Positions 41,500 to 54,185 of a DNA stretch of 64,000 bases are shown here, in pieces (positions within the stretch are counted from its first letter, which is position 1; every line of letters starts with the position of its first letter). The translations under genes and the position numbers were made by a program. Below the pieces are notes generated by a model. It did not search any database. It was given only the letters and a program-made list of their open reading frames with translations, and was not told where the DNA came from. The DNA comes from Eledone cirrhosa (Eukaryota): assembly GCA_964016885.1 (NCBI GenBank), contig OZ024754.1:28024001-28088000 (forward strand), given 5' to 3'.

Positions 41500-41838
41500 G
41501 GCACATGGCTTAGTGGTTAGAGCATTGGGCTTGCAATCGAAAGGTTGTGAGTTCAATTCTCAGACCGGGTGATGTGTTGTTTCCTTGAGCAAGACACTTT
41601 ATTTCACATTGCTCCAGTTTACTCAGCTGTAGAAATGAGATGATAGTGACTGGGGTCCCTATCATTCCACTGTAAAGTGGTCGTGTAGGCGCCACGGCAA
41701 AAAAGCACCCAGCACTCACTGTAAATGAGGTTGGTGTTAGGAAGGGAATCCAGCTGTAGAAATCAAGCCAGAATCGGTTCCCGTCCCACCCTTGCAAGCA
41801 TGGAAAAGTGGACGTTAAATGAAATGAAAATGAAATGA
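41500..41838 (+). mobile_element. Full-length tRNA-derived SINE (Meta-domain-like core, RTE tail)
   Basis: A and B boxes, GTTTCCTTGAGCAAGACACTTTA core, (AAATG)n end. Confidence 0.85.
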
Positions 41839-42224
41839 ATATATATATATATATATAGAAATTAATGTGAGCAAGAAGCCAACAGTATTCCATAATATAT
41901 AAGTGACTATAACGTCAAAATGGAGAACAAAATTAACGTAACATATGGGAAAATAATTCAAACTCAATTCAAAAGAAATCAAGACAGATTTTATCCACAG
42001 ATTTTGTGAAATCCAGGGAAAAAACCAATAGAGTCTTAACTCAGAATAAAATAAAGTTTAAATACTCATCCTTCAATTTGGAAAAACTACAAATGCTCTA
42101 TATAGTCTTAGAAAGACTATTTCACGAAACTTTTCAGTGGGGATGGTCATGGTTGGAATCGTTCCTCAGTAGAGCTCAAACACGATAACCCTAAGAACCA
42201 CTGCCAAAATATGCCAAAAAGGGA

Positions 42225-42257
<33 letters not shown>

Positions 42258-42599
42258 AGGAAGTAAGGTTCTATACAAAACAGTGGTTATAGAGAAATGG
42301 TAAAGTTGGAAATAGCACTGAAAATATATTTTAGGGTCTGGTTTTTCTTTTTTTTCTTCTTTGATACGTCAAAGTGACATAAGTTGTTTCTTTTCATCTC
42401 CCTTGCTGGAAGGTGAAAAAAAAATTATCTCTTAATTTTAAATCTTTAATTTTTAGTTTTTAATTCTTATTAATTCTTTTTAATTGTAATACTCAGCATT
42501 TGATAAGATGAATTTTACTAATACATCGAAACCGGTAATACTTTATATACATTATAAAACTCTCTTTTTAAAAGAATTGTCCCTCTCATTTTTTCAATA

Positions 42600-43143
<544 letters not shown>

Positions 43144-43602
43144 ACAGTAAAAAGAAAAAGATTCTTATAATTCCTGATGATTTCATATGAATGGAACGGT
43201 TCTAGTCCTGTAGAAGCCATTTCTATATTAAATAATTACATATATGTTCTGGTCCTGTAGAAGTCATTTCTATGTATATACATGTTTAATATATTTATAT
43301 TGTGACGATACTGATGTAATTAATTAGGACAATGGGATTGATGAGTTAATATCTTTATACAACAACTACAACGGTACGCGATGGGGGCCACCCACAGCCC
43401 CCGCGGACTATGACTTCAACGGGATTATATATAAAAAGAATAACACTAAAGAGTCAATATGCTATCAAACTAACATGTTTCAACCGATACAGATTCCTCA
43501 CGAGGATGTGACATTATAACATCAGAAAGCTTAGAATTTTCTGAAGAAAAAAAATTATTATACACATATATATATGAGTGTGTGTGTGTATGAATGTATG
43601 TA

Positions 43603-43654
<52 letters not shown>

Positions 43655-43915
43655 TACATACGGAGAGAGAGTGAGTGAGTATGGGGGGTCTATTCGAATC
43701 ACACATAAAGGTATTCTTACTTTACCTTAGTTCTTTTACCAGTATCGTCTGCTGTTAATCAATTTAATAGACGTCACGTCTCACTGACTGAAGGAAGGAA
43801 TCTGTGTGTTTGTAAAGGCTGCAACTTTATATATACAATGCATGCTGGGATAATATCCATATGTGTATGTGTGTGTAGATATATACATTCATATATTTGT
43901 GTTTATACATGTATG

Positions 43916-43982
<67 letters not shown>

Positions 43983-44123
43983 GTGTGTGTGTGTGCGTGC
44001 GTGTGTGCGTGTGTGTGTGCGTGTGTGTGTGCGTGTGTGGAGACTAAAATCCGAAGAGGGCTCGATAATGATTATATATATATAAAATATATACATATAT
44101 AAACCCATAGAGAAAATATTTAT

Positions 44124-44550
44124 TACTAGCAGAGGTACCCGGCGTTGCTCGGGTATTAAATAGCAGTTATGTATACCATTTATGTCAATACTTCAGTGCT
44201 GCTTCGAAAATCATCGGCTTTTTCCAAAAGGGGGTTCCTGCCCCCAAGGGTCCCCTACTCAATATGTGCCAATTCCGAGAGTTCATATTCATCTGTAGAA
44301 CAAACGTAGCCCATGTGTCAAGTTTTGTGAAAATCGGTTGCGAACTCCAGAAGTTATGACGTTTTGTTGCATTGCACTGCAGTGCTTCTGTCGACTCCAA
44401 GGAAGCGGTTGAAGGGGGTTATCTGCCGGGAGGCCCTATAATCAATATCTGGAAAAATGAAAGTGCCCATGACCATCCGTAGTACATAAGTAACCTATGT
44501 CTTAAGTTTGGTGAAAATACTATAGCAATGCATAGGGTTTACACACACAC
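44124..44550 (+). mobile_element. Non-autonomous Helitron/Helentron-like element
   Basis: Starts TACTAGC followed by the hairpin TACCCGGCGTTGCTCGGGTA; internal AAGTTT.GTGAAAAT repeats; ends in (CA)n. Confidence 0.55.
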
Positions 44551-45389
44551 GCGCGCGCGTGTGTGTTTTTGTGTGTGTGTATGTATTTGTGTCTGCGTAT
44601 GTATATGTATGTGTATGTCCATCGGTGCATACGTATGTACTGGCCTAAATCTTCACTATTTACTTTTACTATTTTAATAACCTCTGTCATTTTCGTTTTC
44701 AATTTCATTTAGATCATTCTTAAACTCCGGGGCTGGAAATCATTCGGTTATTTTAAATAGAATATTAGTCTAACGACTCCATTTATACCATAACTTGGTC
44801 TTGTCTTTACATGAAATTGTTTTTCTCGGTTCACATAACGACGTATTATCCTCGCTTTTTTTTCCGTTCATTACCAGGGAACGTCTTCACGAACCAAAAT
44901 ATCGTCTTCCTGTTTTCCTTCGGCTGCAACGTTTCTCAAAATATTTACTTCTGCGTTCACAGATTAAATTTTTTAGTTTCAGAAGATCCCGTTAATGTTG
45001 AAAGCAGCGATTCTTTGCTTAAACTTTAATCTGTTCTTATAACAAATATATATATATATATATATATATCCTTTAAGACACTCATGCTTCCCGAAATACG
45101 CCAAAACTACACCTGATGTACCCCTTCCATACACATGCACACATGTGTGTATCATGACTCGTGAACTTTTCATTTTACTGATGTTTGTGCATTGCCCTAT
45201 GTACTGTACATGCACTTTTTTGATGAGTTGGGGTGCACCTGGGCACTGTACACAATATTTCATTATTGTTATTGTTATTATATCATGACTCATACACTGT
45301 TCATTTTCCTGACATTTGTACATTATTCTATGTACTATACATGCACCTTTGATGAGTTGTAGTGCACCTGAGCACTGTACACAATAATT

Positions 45390-45433
<44 letters not shown>

Positions 45434-45517
45434 GTGCAAATTTATACGGGAACAAAACAGAGAGGCAGACAAATAAAGGTTTATTAGGTTCACGCTTTAT
45501 ATATATATATATTCACG

Positions 45518-45589
<72 letters not shown>

Positions 45590-45594
<5 letters not shown>

Positions 45595-46180
45595 TATGCT
45601 TTGTACGGCTAGCCAGCTCGGCGCCTATGGTGGTAAGTAGGGAGGTAGCCCTAGGGCCAAGGACACCAGAAGTCTCCACTGCTAGGAGCATGACCGCAAA
45701 CCTGTCGGAGCGCGACGGATACTTGGAGAGTTTGCCCTCCTCAACCCGAAATGCAGCAGAACTAGCTTTGTTGCAGACGGCACCAGGTTGCGTCAGGAGA
45801 ATGTGTCGCTGCATGTGACATCCCAGAAGAGGAGTTTGCCACGACGGAACGAGAAGATGGTCATACCGTCTGGCCTTTTTGCCCTTCCCTCCAGCTGAGA
45901 GGGGAAGCCTGCAGCATTCAAGCTATACTTTATGACCTCGTAGAGGGTGACATGGCGTGGAATGCGGTCGGCACTGTAGTGACAGGAAAGCGGGTGGAGG
46001 CTGAAAGTGTCGACAGTGGATCCACAGTGACATTTGTGTGGCTCGCAGAATCGGAGGCCAAGCCTCGGGGAAATCCCGATGCGCAGGCTGCGTGCGAGTG
46101 GAGAAGCCAGGCACCGCTGTGTGGTTGTGAAGCCGCGCGAAAACATGCAAGGTGGTGCTGGTCGAGGAGGCCAGGTTATA
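45590..46180 (-). mobile_element. CRE-clade-like non-LTR retrotransposon fragment (CCHC plus restriction-like endonuclease)
   Basis: CHCG..D....HPLSC......RH, KRPDGMT...GKLLFWDVTC, KLSKY and AVETSGVLGP, with frameshifts. Confidence 0.8.
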
Positions 46181-46509
46181 TGTGCGTGTGTGTATTCTCG
46201 TTGTTAAAATAACTTTTATCAGAGTTATTACCCTTGTTTTTTTGTAAGTCTACAGGGGCAATAACTGTGGACAACAATACTATTGATAACGGAAATATCA
46301 CAAGATCGATGGCACGTAGCAGATTTGGTAGACGGCTGGTCTAAATATCCTACAGCAGGGTTTCCCAAACTTTTTCAAACGCGGAACACTTTTTGGTTCG
46401 GAAAATTTTGGGAAACCTCAAAGTCTAATACTACTATATGGTTGTAATATAAATATACACCTCTACCCTTTTTTCACGGAGCTCCAAACACTCGTTTGAG
46501 GAATCCAGG

Positions 46510-47838
46510 AAAGATCAGAACCTTGGTGGAAGAAACGACTGAATGGTCAAATCAGGGAAATGAGAAATGACATTGGAAAGCTTGAGTCCCTACTGAATGG
46601 GACACTACAAAACATAGATACTAAGAATAGACTGGAAATAAAGTACAAAACTAGGAGGAAAAAGCTAAATATTATCATAGAGGAACTGAAGCAACGCATT
46701 GTAGCAAAGAGTGCAAAAATTAGGCGATACGAGAGCAGAGTCAGTCAGTATAGACAGAACAGCATGTTTGACAACCACCAGAAGATGCTGTTTGGACAGC
46801 TTGAAGGGAAAGAAAGAGGCAACGACGTGATCCCTGAGGTGGCAGAGGTCTTATCAGCATAGAGGACTGTGTTCAGATGGAGAAAAACAACCTGCACAAA
46901 TATGTGACTGACAGTAGGGAGCCAATGCTCAAAGTTGTACTGAAAGAGAAGACAATAGACCAGGGGATGTCCAAGGAGAAAATAACAAGGAGGAAGAGCA
47001 ATCTTCATGAAAAATCCCTTCATAGTACCTTCTTTAAGAAAAACGGAATTTAGAGATCCACAGACATGGAACTGGTTAAAAAGAGGAGACTTTTAAAAAG
47101 CTACAGAAGGAATGCTAATGGCTGCGCAAGAGCAAGCCCTCAGAACGAAGTGGGTGAAACACCATATTGACAAGGAGGAAGCTAGCTCACTGTGTAGGAT
47201 CTGTGGAGAGAGAGAGGAGACTGTGGCTCACATTGTATCCGAGTGTAAACACCTAGCCCAGACTCACTATAAAGGCTGGAGACATGATGTGATAGGCAGG
47301 GTGATCCACTGGCACCTATGCAAAGTAAACAATTTACCACATTCTGAGAAGTGGTATGATCATAAGCCAGAGTCGGTGATAGAAAACGATCAGGTGAAGG
47401 CGCTATGGGATATTAGGATACAGACGGACAAGAAATTAGAACACAATAGGCCTGACCTGGTGGTTTTGGACAAGGAAAAAAGATCGTGACTGATTGTAGA
47501 TGTAGCCTGCCCATTTGACACCAGAGTGCAAGAAAAGTAGAGGGATAAAATTAACCGATACCAGGACTTAAAGTGGGAGGTAAAAAGGATTTGGAACTGC
47601 CATGAAGTCAGGGTCGTCCCGATTGTCATAGGCGCACTAGGTACTATCTCAAAGAGTTTCCAAGGATGGTTAAAGAAGATTAGTCCAGCTCCGCTTTTTG
47701 GAACACTTAAAAAGCCATGCTTGCTGGGAAAAGCAATAACCCTCCGATACGTCCTGAATATCTGAGGCTGCAGGTAGCGGCTTGATATTCATTTCAACAA
47801 ACTTTCCAGTTAAATAACATCAATGACTGAGACTCAAA

Positions 47839-47839
<1 letters not shown>
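46510..47839 (+). mobile_element. Degenerate R4/Dong-like non-LTR retrotransposon (family 1) with internal deletion and (AAT)n tail
   Basis: AAQEQALRT, CRICGEREETVAHIVSEC, RHD, RPDLVVLD, then DVACP and KINRYQDL (REL endonuclease); stop codons present. Confidence 0.88.
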
Positions 47840-47883
<44 letters not shown>

Positions 47884-48143
47884 TTTCTTTATTAACCACA
47901 AGGGTTTACATAAAGTAGACATTAAGGACAGTGCAGGACAATGCAGGACGGTACAAATGGGCATTTCTGCGTGTAAAAAAACAAAAACAGAGGATGTAAC
48001 AAAAATAACAATGAAAATAACAATGAAAAATTCCCCAATAGGGGGGAGACTTCGGAGGGACATTTGTGGAGAAAGCCCAGTAAAAAGCCACAATGACCCT
48101 GACCACCAAGGCAAGTGCCCTCTCCCAGTTTTCCACCTTTAGT

Positions 48144-51100
48144 TTACAGATATATACTCAGAGTCGGCCCATTCACTCGGGCCATTCTTGCTTCTCTCAC
48201 CCATCTTTCAACAAAATGCTGGGAAGAGAGCACTTCCTTCTCTACTCTGATTTTCCTTTTCAAATGAAATTTGAAAAAGTCAATCAGAGCATCACCGAAG
48301 AGGTAAGTGCTCGTCTTCAGCCCTTTCAAACGTGTCCACCATACTATCTCTTTCGCCATGGCCACCAGACAGATAAAAACTGCCTGCCCTTCCCGGCTAA
48401 AGGAGGAGGGCGGGGCAATCCTCACGATAGACTCAGATGATAGCTGGATCCGTCCTAAACGCGACAGCAGGTGTTCGACATAAACCCACAAGTCAGTAAT
48501 TTTCGGACACTGGACGAGTGCGTGCAGGACGGTTTCGTCGCCCTGCGCGCATCTCGGACATGCCCGGCTGACGGCACCTCCATGCCTGTAGAGTTTATCC
48601 CGAACTGGCAAGGCTCCTCGGTAGCACTGCCAGGCCAGAGATTTCTGGAAGTTGTCCATAGGCCCTGGCCCGAAAGTTCTTCCGAAGAGATTGGCTAGTT
48701 GATTTTCGTCGACGCCTAGAGTTTCCCCAAGTACGTCGTCGCTCTTCCCCTCCACTAATCCTCTATAGAACGCCGAGGTGGAGTTTCCACCGATCACATT
48801 GCCCGATTGGTCGAGGGCTGTGAGCGCCTGAAGACATTCCAGTCTCCAGGCGCTCCCTCTCGGTCTTCGCTTGACCCAGGACTGCAGCTCCGTCAAGGAA
48901 ACGAGCTGGGGAAAAACGCGTCTAGCAAACGGCGACCACACCTGATCACCGTCGAGGAAGAGGTGGAGATGTCGTAGCCTGAGCGCGTGCCTGCGCATCA
49001 TCAGCCACGGCATGCCCAGCCCTCCACGTAGCGGGTGTTGACAACAGATGGACCGCCTGACCATCGGAGCACGTCCCTTCCACAAAAAGCGAAAGAGCAA
49101 ACGCTCCAGCGCAGTCAGGCGAGGCTTAGGACAAGGTACGACGGTTAGGCGGTAGCAGATGACAGACGCGATGTACGCGTTAGCCACCTCCGCTCGACCT
49201 TTCAAGGATAGCTTCCTCTCCGCCCATTTCTGGGTGAGAGAAGCCACCCTGCTCGTCACCTCGTCCCAGTTTTTGTCCGTCTGGAGGTCCGGACCGAACC
49301 AGACCCCTAGCAATTTAACCGGTCCGTCCGTCCAGCGCCCGACGACGCTGTTGGACGGCATGGACCTGCCTCTCCAGGTGCCGAGCTGCAGGCCCACTGA
49401 CTTTTCCTGGTTGATCATTGCTCCTGTCACCGCTTCGTATTCTCTTAGTGTAGTGCCGATCGCCTCGATGTGTTTGGCGTTCGACACCACTACGGTGACA
49501 TCGTCCGCATATGCTGACACGGATCTTCCGCATCCTAGTTCGCGCGGGACTCCCCTCAACGTCTCCAGTTTGTGCAGTAATGGCTCGAGAGTCAATACGT
49601 ACAAGAGGGACGAGAGGGGACATCCTTGGCGGACCGAGCGCATGATGTTGAACGGTTCCGACAGGTGACCGTTCACTCTCACTACAGAGCAGATGTCGCT
49701 GTGCATGGCAGCGATCCAGCCTCTGAAGACGGGCCCAAAGCCAGCCGCCCTCAGGACTGCCGCTAGGTAACGATGGTCGACCCTATCGAAAGCTTTCGAC
49801 TGATCTAAATTGATCAAGGACCCACCCGTGCCAGGTTCCCTAGCTACCCTCTCTACGATGTATCGCATGAGGTGGAGGTTGTCGTGGATGGATCTGTCGG
49901 GAATGGCGCATGTCTGCGCCTCTCCCACCAGACCACCAACGACAAGCGCCAACCTCTTTGCTAGCACCTTGGCCAAAATCTTAAACTCTGTGTTTAGCAG
50001 AGTTATGGGCCGGAAATTGTCTATGTTATCCCCCTTGTTCGGATCCTTTCTCAGCAGTGCCACCGCTCCTCGGCTCACAGAACTGGGAATTCTCCCGTTC
50101 TGTTGCCAGTTGCAGTAGACGTCCGCTAAGAGGCCTCCGAACAAGTCTGGCATCTGTACGTAAAGTTCATAGGGAAGACCATCCAAACCAGGCGATTTAC
50201 CCCTTGTGCAGCCAGTCATTGCCTCCCTTACTTCAGCGGCTGTTATCGGCTTTTCGCAACACTTCGCCTCAGTGGCCGAGAGCCGCGGCAGTCCGTCGAG
50301 GTAGACACTAAAGTCCATCCCTCTACCCGGCCCCCCGCTGCCCCCGAACAGCTGAGCGAAGTGTCGCTGAAAAGCTTCACACATTTTCCCGGGATCGAGT
50401 AGCATGCGCCCGTCGTGGTCCACCAAAGACCGGATCGTGGCTTTGTTGCCACGACGCGCCTCCGCCACTCGGGCCCATTGAACGGCTTTCGTCCCCTCGT
50501 GTCTGAGAGCACGCACCCTAGCTCTGACAACGCAGCCTTCGTGCTTTGCATTGAAGAATTGGTCAAGGGCCAATTTCGCCGCAAGCACGTCGGTCGCAAT
50601 GCCTTTGCTAAGCGCCTCGTCTAATTTTCTAACTAGTTCTCCCTCTGCTCTATTTTTCTCTATTGCTAAAGCCTTACTAAACCTAATCGATTCTATTCTA
50701 ATCGCTCTTTTCAGAGCAAACCACCACTTGTTGTTGACGATGGCCCCCGTCAACGCCCGCTTAACTAGTTCGCTAATCCGGTCTCTGTAGGCCTTGCGCG
50801 CTGGTAAGGACGCGTTTAGCTTCCAGTAGCCGGGTCCTTGTCTATGAAGCCTATCTAAGTCAAGCACACAGGTCACGAATTTGTGGTCCGTGTAGCTGAC
50901 TATCTTGAATTGTGGACAGCCTATGCTAGACCTATCTATTTCCCTACAAAATACTCTATCTAGATATGATCTGGATGACCCTATGCGGTTTGTCCAAGTC
51001 CACATTGGCACATTCGGGAAATCCAATCGGTACCTGTCAGACAGTTCAAAACGCCTGAGCAGGTTGGTGAGGCTCTTGCACCCTCCACCCCTATCCGCTA

Positions 51101-51563
51101 ATCCCACACAGTCCCAGCGTGCATCTAAGATCCCGTTCCAGTCGCCCACTAACACTAAAGAGCGCGACGTTCCAAGAAAGGTCTCCAGACGCCGGAAGAA
51201 ATCAGGCCGCCCTGCTCCTGTCGGGGCATAGACGGCCACTAGCCTGAAAGCTTGCCCGTCTCCGCTGGTCACGTCCAGCACCACCAGCTTACCCTCTGGG
51301 TCCAGGAAGATGGCCCGTATGGCGAGATCCAAACCTCTCCGAAAAAGTACAGCAACTCCTCCACCGGATCCAGGACGGCTGGGAGATGCGTACACATCGT
51401 AGCCGCCGAAGATCGGTGCGAAGGCCCGTGCTTCGGAGATTCTGGTCTCGCTGATGGCCACTACATCTATGTTTAGTGACCTGAGGTCGTTGAGCAGGTG
51501 ACCCTGCTTCCATGACGACCCCAAGCCACGCGCATTTATGCTGCCTATTCTGAGTGAGGTCAT
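48144..51563 (-). CDS. Tx1/L1 copy A ORF2: APE endonuclease, RT and CCHC; intact 1139 aa
   Basis: SINARGL, SET, GDWN, LDRVF, TDH; SPGLDGLP, FRPITLLN, DQSKAFDRV, RQGCPLS, YADD; CPRC..ETVLHALVQC. Confidence 0.96.
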   Translation of the reverse strand: MTSLRIGSINARGLGSSWKQGHLLNDLRSLNIDVVAISETRISEARAFAPIFGGYDVYASPSRPGSGGGVAVLFRRGLDLAIRAIFLDPEGKLVVLDVTSGDGQAFRLVAVYAPTGAGRPDFFRRLETFLGTSRSLVLVGDWNGILDARWDCVGLADRGGGCKSLTNLLRRFELSDRYRLDFPNVPMWTWTNRIGSSRSYLDRVFCREIDRSSIGCPQFKIVSYTDHKFVTCVLDLDRLHRQGPGYWKLNASLPARKAYRDRISELVKRALTGAIVNNKWWFALKRAIRIESIRFSKALAIEKNRAEGELVRKLDEALSKGIATDVLAAKLALDQFFNAKHEGCVVRARVRALRHEGTKAVQWARVAEARRGNKATIRSLVDHDGRMLLDPGKMCEAFQRHFAQLFGGSGGPGRGMDFSVYLDGLPRLSATEAKCCEKPITAAEVREAMTGCTRGKSPGLDGLPYELYVQMPDLFGGLLADVYCNWQQNGRIPSSVSRGAVALLRKDPNKGDNIDNFRPITLLNTEFKILAKVLAKRLALVVGGLVGEAQTCAIPDRSIHDNLHLMRYIVERVAREPGTGGSLINLDQSKAFDRVDHRYLAAVLRAAGFGPVFRGWIAAMHSDICSVVRVNGHLSEPFNIMRSVRQGCPLSSLLYVLTLEPLLHKLETLRGVPRELGCGRSVSAYADDVTVVVSNAKHIEAIGTTLREYEAVTGAMINQEKSVGLQLGTWRGRSMPSNSVVGRWTDGPVKLLGVWFGPDLQTDKNWDEVTSRVASLTQKWAERKLSLKGRAEVANAYIASVICYRLTVVPCPKPRLTALERLLFRFLWKGRAPMVRRSICCQHPLRGGLGMPWLMMRRHALRLRHLHLFLDGDQVWSPFARRVFPQLVSLTELQSWVKRRPRGSAWRLECLQALTALDQSGNVIGGNSTSAFYRGLVEGKSDDVLGETLGVDENQLANLFGRTFGPGPMDNFQKSLAWQCYRGALPVRDKLYRHGGAVSRACPRCAQGDETVLHALVQCPKITDLWVYVEHLLSRLGRIQLSSESIVRIAPPSSFSREGQAVFICLVAMAKEIVWWTRLKGLKTSTYLFGDALIDFFKFHLKRKIRVEKEVLSSQHFVERWVREARMARVNGPTLSIYL

Positions 51564-51598
51564 GTTTAAAATAGAGTGGAAAAGATGGGAAAGACCAC

Positions 51599-53695
51599 TT
51601 ACCGTATTTTTGGTAGAGGAGGGATGGTTTTTACATCCCTTTTCACTTGATCGTCTGGTGAAGGGACCGTTGAATCGTCCCTTCGGCTGGTCGTCGGCTC
51701 TTCTAAGAGAATGTCTGAATATACTCTTCGATTAATGGTTCCTCCTAGGTCCCTGAAATCACCAACTGCGTTGGGAAATTTCGTTTTAATGTTTGTGTAT
51801 TGTTTCTGTGCTATTTTTAGCAGTCTTATGTTAGTTGGCGTTTTGATTGGTGCTGGTATTATGTAGTCCTGTTGTGAAATGTCTGTGTGTTCAATTATGT
51901 AAGTCATTAGTTTCTTGTTGTGTGTGTTTATTGCCGTGCATTTGTTTTTCTGGGGGTGGGGTGTGGTTCTGCTATTTTCTTGTCGTTGTTGCTGGGTGTG
52001 TGTGTTTTGTTGTTGTGTTTGCGATGTTGGTGCTTGTGGTGGTGGTGTTGAAGGTGTTGTTGGCGGTGGGGTTGTCGCCGGTGGTGATGGTGGTGCTGGT
52101 GTGGGTGGTGATGGTGTTGGTGGTGTTGCTGCTGTGGGTCTCTTTGCAGTAGACTTTACCCTTTTCTCATTTCTTTCCTCCCTTTTCAAAGGCGACGATG
52201 CGCTGCTTCTGCGTTTGTGCCTTCTTGCGACCTTTTGCCATCCCTCTCCCACCTCACACTCCATGTCTGATTCTGTAAGGTCGGGGAGGGGTACCAGCTC
52301 CACTCTTTCACTTGTTGTTGTTGGTGATGTTTGCACTGGAGTCTCTGTTGCAGCTGCATTTGGTATTGCTGTTGTTGTTGTTAATATTTCCACTGCTGCT
52401 GCTGTCTTTGATTTCCGTGGAGTGGGTATGGGTGCCACGGACCTATCGTTCCTGGTTGCCGCTTGTCCTGTTGCTGGTAGCCGTGGAGCCGGATTCGGAA
52501 GGAGGGGGGTTTTCTCCTTTCTCAGGGTCTTCTCGTTGCAGAAGGCCCTGAGGTGAGTCTTCGATCCACAGCGAAAGCATTTCGGGCGTTTGCCCTCAAC
52601 ACTTATGGGCAGTTGAGTGCCGTTATCGAAGTCTATCACATCCGGGATAGCTTCGATGCACTCCTGGTTGGTTTGGATTAGCATCTCAATGGAGGAGCCG
52701 ACCCAATCTTCTCTTACTTTTTTCTGTACTTGCAGTACAGTTGTTTTGTCCTCGATTCCGACGAGGACAGACGCGGCCAGCCAAGAAGGGGTCATTCCGG
52801 GGGGGACGTGGGTCAGTTTGACCCTCACAATTTTTTGCCCGCAGTAGGAGGGCACCAACACCATTTCCTCGCTCCTTAGGGTCACTACTGATTGGGCCTT
52901 TGCCTCCTGGGGTGTGGCAAAAAGTACGTCTACGGTGGCGTATTTTTTGCCTCGGGTGATGTGCGTTTTCCTCTGCCACACAGACCCCAAGGCTTTTTGT
53001 ATTTGGGCCTCTGTGGCTCTTTCCACCCTACGGGATTTTGTACTTACTGTACGGTACGTGACCGTACAGTGCTCTTGGGTTTCGAAAAAATTTTTCGCTG
53101 CCTTGCAGATTGCTCGGTGTCCGTTCTTTGTCACCATCTTCTTCGCTTCCTCTAATTCCTCATTTGTTATGAGGATTGTTTCCAAGTTTTTCGCAATACC
53201 TGCAAATGAGATTGGTTTTTCTCTGCTGTTGTTGTTGTCGTCAGAGCTGCTGGTACTTTTGTTGTTGCTGCAGGTACTACGACTACTGCCTCCGCCGCTG
53301 TTGCTGTGGTTGTTGTTGGTGTTGCTGCTGCTAATGCTGTTGTTGTTTATGCTGCTGGTGATGCTGTTGCGGCTGCTACTGTTGTTTTCATTGTCACTGT
53401 TGCTGTTGTTATTACGGCTGCTACTGCTATTATTCCTGACGTCAGACGAATGAACTGGGTTTTCGTATTTCCCGCACACCTGTTTCGTCGCTGTCGTCGT
53501 CGTCGTGGTGAAACCTTGCACGCTTTGCACGAGACTTTTCTTTTCTTTCGTCACTTGCGAAAGAGAAGGGAGGGAGAGAGACACATTTAAAGAAGGGAGG
53601 GAGAGAGACAATCTTCTCTCTGCTGTAGTGATGATTGAGGAAGAAGAAGACGGAATGAGTGGGAGTGACGTATGAAATTTCATTTTCGTAGCCAT
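51599..53695 (-). CDS. Tx1/L1 copy A ORF1 (gag-like, CCHC knuckle), 698 aa
   Basis: CFRCGSKTHLRAFC zinc knuckle; Asn/Ser- and Pro/Thr-rich linkers; lies upstream of ORF2. Confidence 0.92.
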   Translation of the reverse strand: MATKMKFHTSLPLIPSSSSSIITTAERRLSLSLPSLNVSLSLPSLSQVTKEKKSLVQSVQGFTTTTTTATKQVCGKYENPVHSSDVRNNSSSSRNNNSNSDNENNSSSRNSITSSINNNSISSSNTNNNHSNSGGGSSRSTCSNNKSTSSSDDNNNSREKPISFAGIAKNLETILITNEELEEAKKMVTKNGHRAICKAAKNFFETQEHCTVTYRTVSTKSRRVERATEAQIQKALGSVWQRKTHITRGKKYATVDVLFATPQEAKAQSVVTLRSEEMVLVPSYCGQKIVRVKLTHVPPGMTPSWLAASVLVGIEDKTTVLQVQKKVREDWVGSSIEMLIQTNQECIEAIPDVIDFDNGTQLPISVEGKRPKCFRCGSKTHLRAFCNEKTLRKEKTPLLPNPAPRLPATGQAATRNDRSVAPIPTPRKSKTAAAVEILTTTTAIPNAAATETPVQTSPTTTSERVELVPLPDLTESDMECEVGEGWQKVARRHKRRSSASSPLKREERNEKRVKSTAKRPTAATPPTPSPPTPAPPSPPATTPPPTTPSTPPPQAPTSQTQQQNTHTQQQRQENSRTTPHPQKNKCTAINTHNKKLMTYIIEHTDISQQDYIIPAPIKTPTNIRLLKIAQKQYTNIKTKFPNAVGDFRDLGGTINRRVYSDILLEEPTTSRRDDSTVPSPDDQVKRDVKTIPPLPKIR

Positions 53696-53909
53696 GTTGT
53701 TTTTTGTTTAAAATGAATATTGGGTACAAAACCCCAATAACTGGTTATTTAACCCCGAAGGGCCAAATAACGGACAGAAAGACCCCTCTCACGAGGAGGA
53801 GGGTGTCTTTATCAACAATTTGGTTCAAGTTTTAAACAATTTACAATTGTTTTAACGGTTAAAAATTACTATACCTTACAGAGCCGAGCCTCCGTCAACC
53901 ATGGCATTC

Positions 53910-53943
<34 letters not shown>

Positions 53944-54185
53944 TTTTCTTTATTAACCACAAGGGTTCACATAAAGTAGCCATTAAGGACAGTACAGGAC
54001 AATACAGGACGGTACAAATGGGCATTTCTGCGTGTAAAAAAACAGAGGTTGAAATAAAATAACAAAGAAAAATTCCCCAATAGGGGGAAGACTTCCAAGG
54101 GACATTTGTGGAGAAAGCCCATTAAAAGACCACAGTGGCCCTGACCACCAGGGCAAGTGCCCTCTCCCAGTTTTCCACCCTTAAT

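Larger units (their letters stand above)
47882..53909 (-). mobile_element. Full-length Tx1/L1-clade LINE, copy A (~6.03 kb), between (AAT)n arrays
   Basis: Two ORFs; AATAAA just before the 3' end; same termini as copy B. Confidence 0.95.

Noticed and set aside
43172-43230. CUGAUGA-containing hairpin
   Set aside because: GAAA is replaced by GGAA and there is no convincing stem I.
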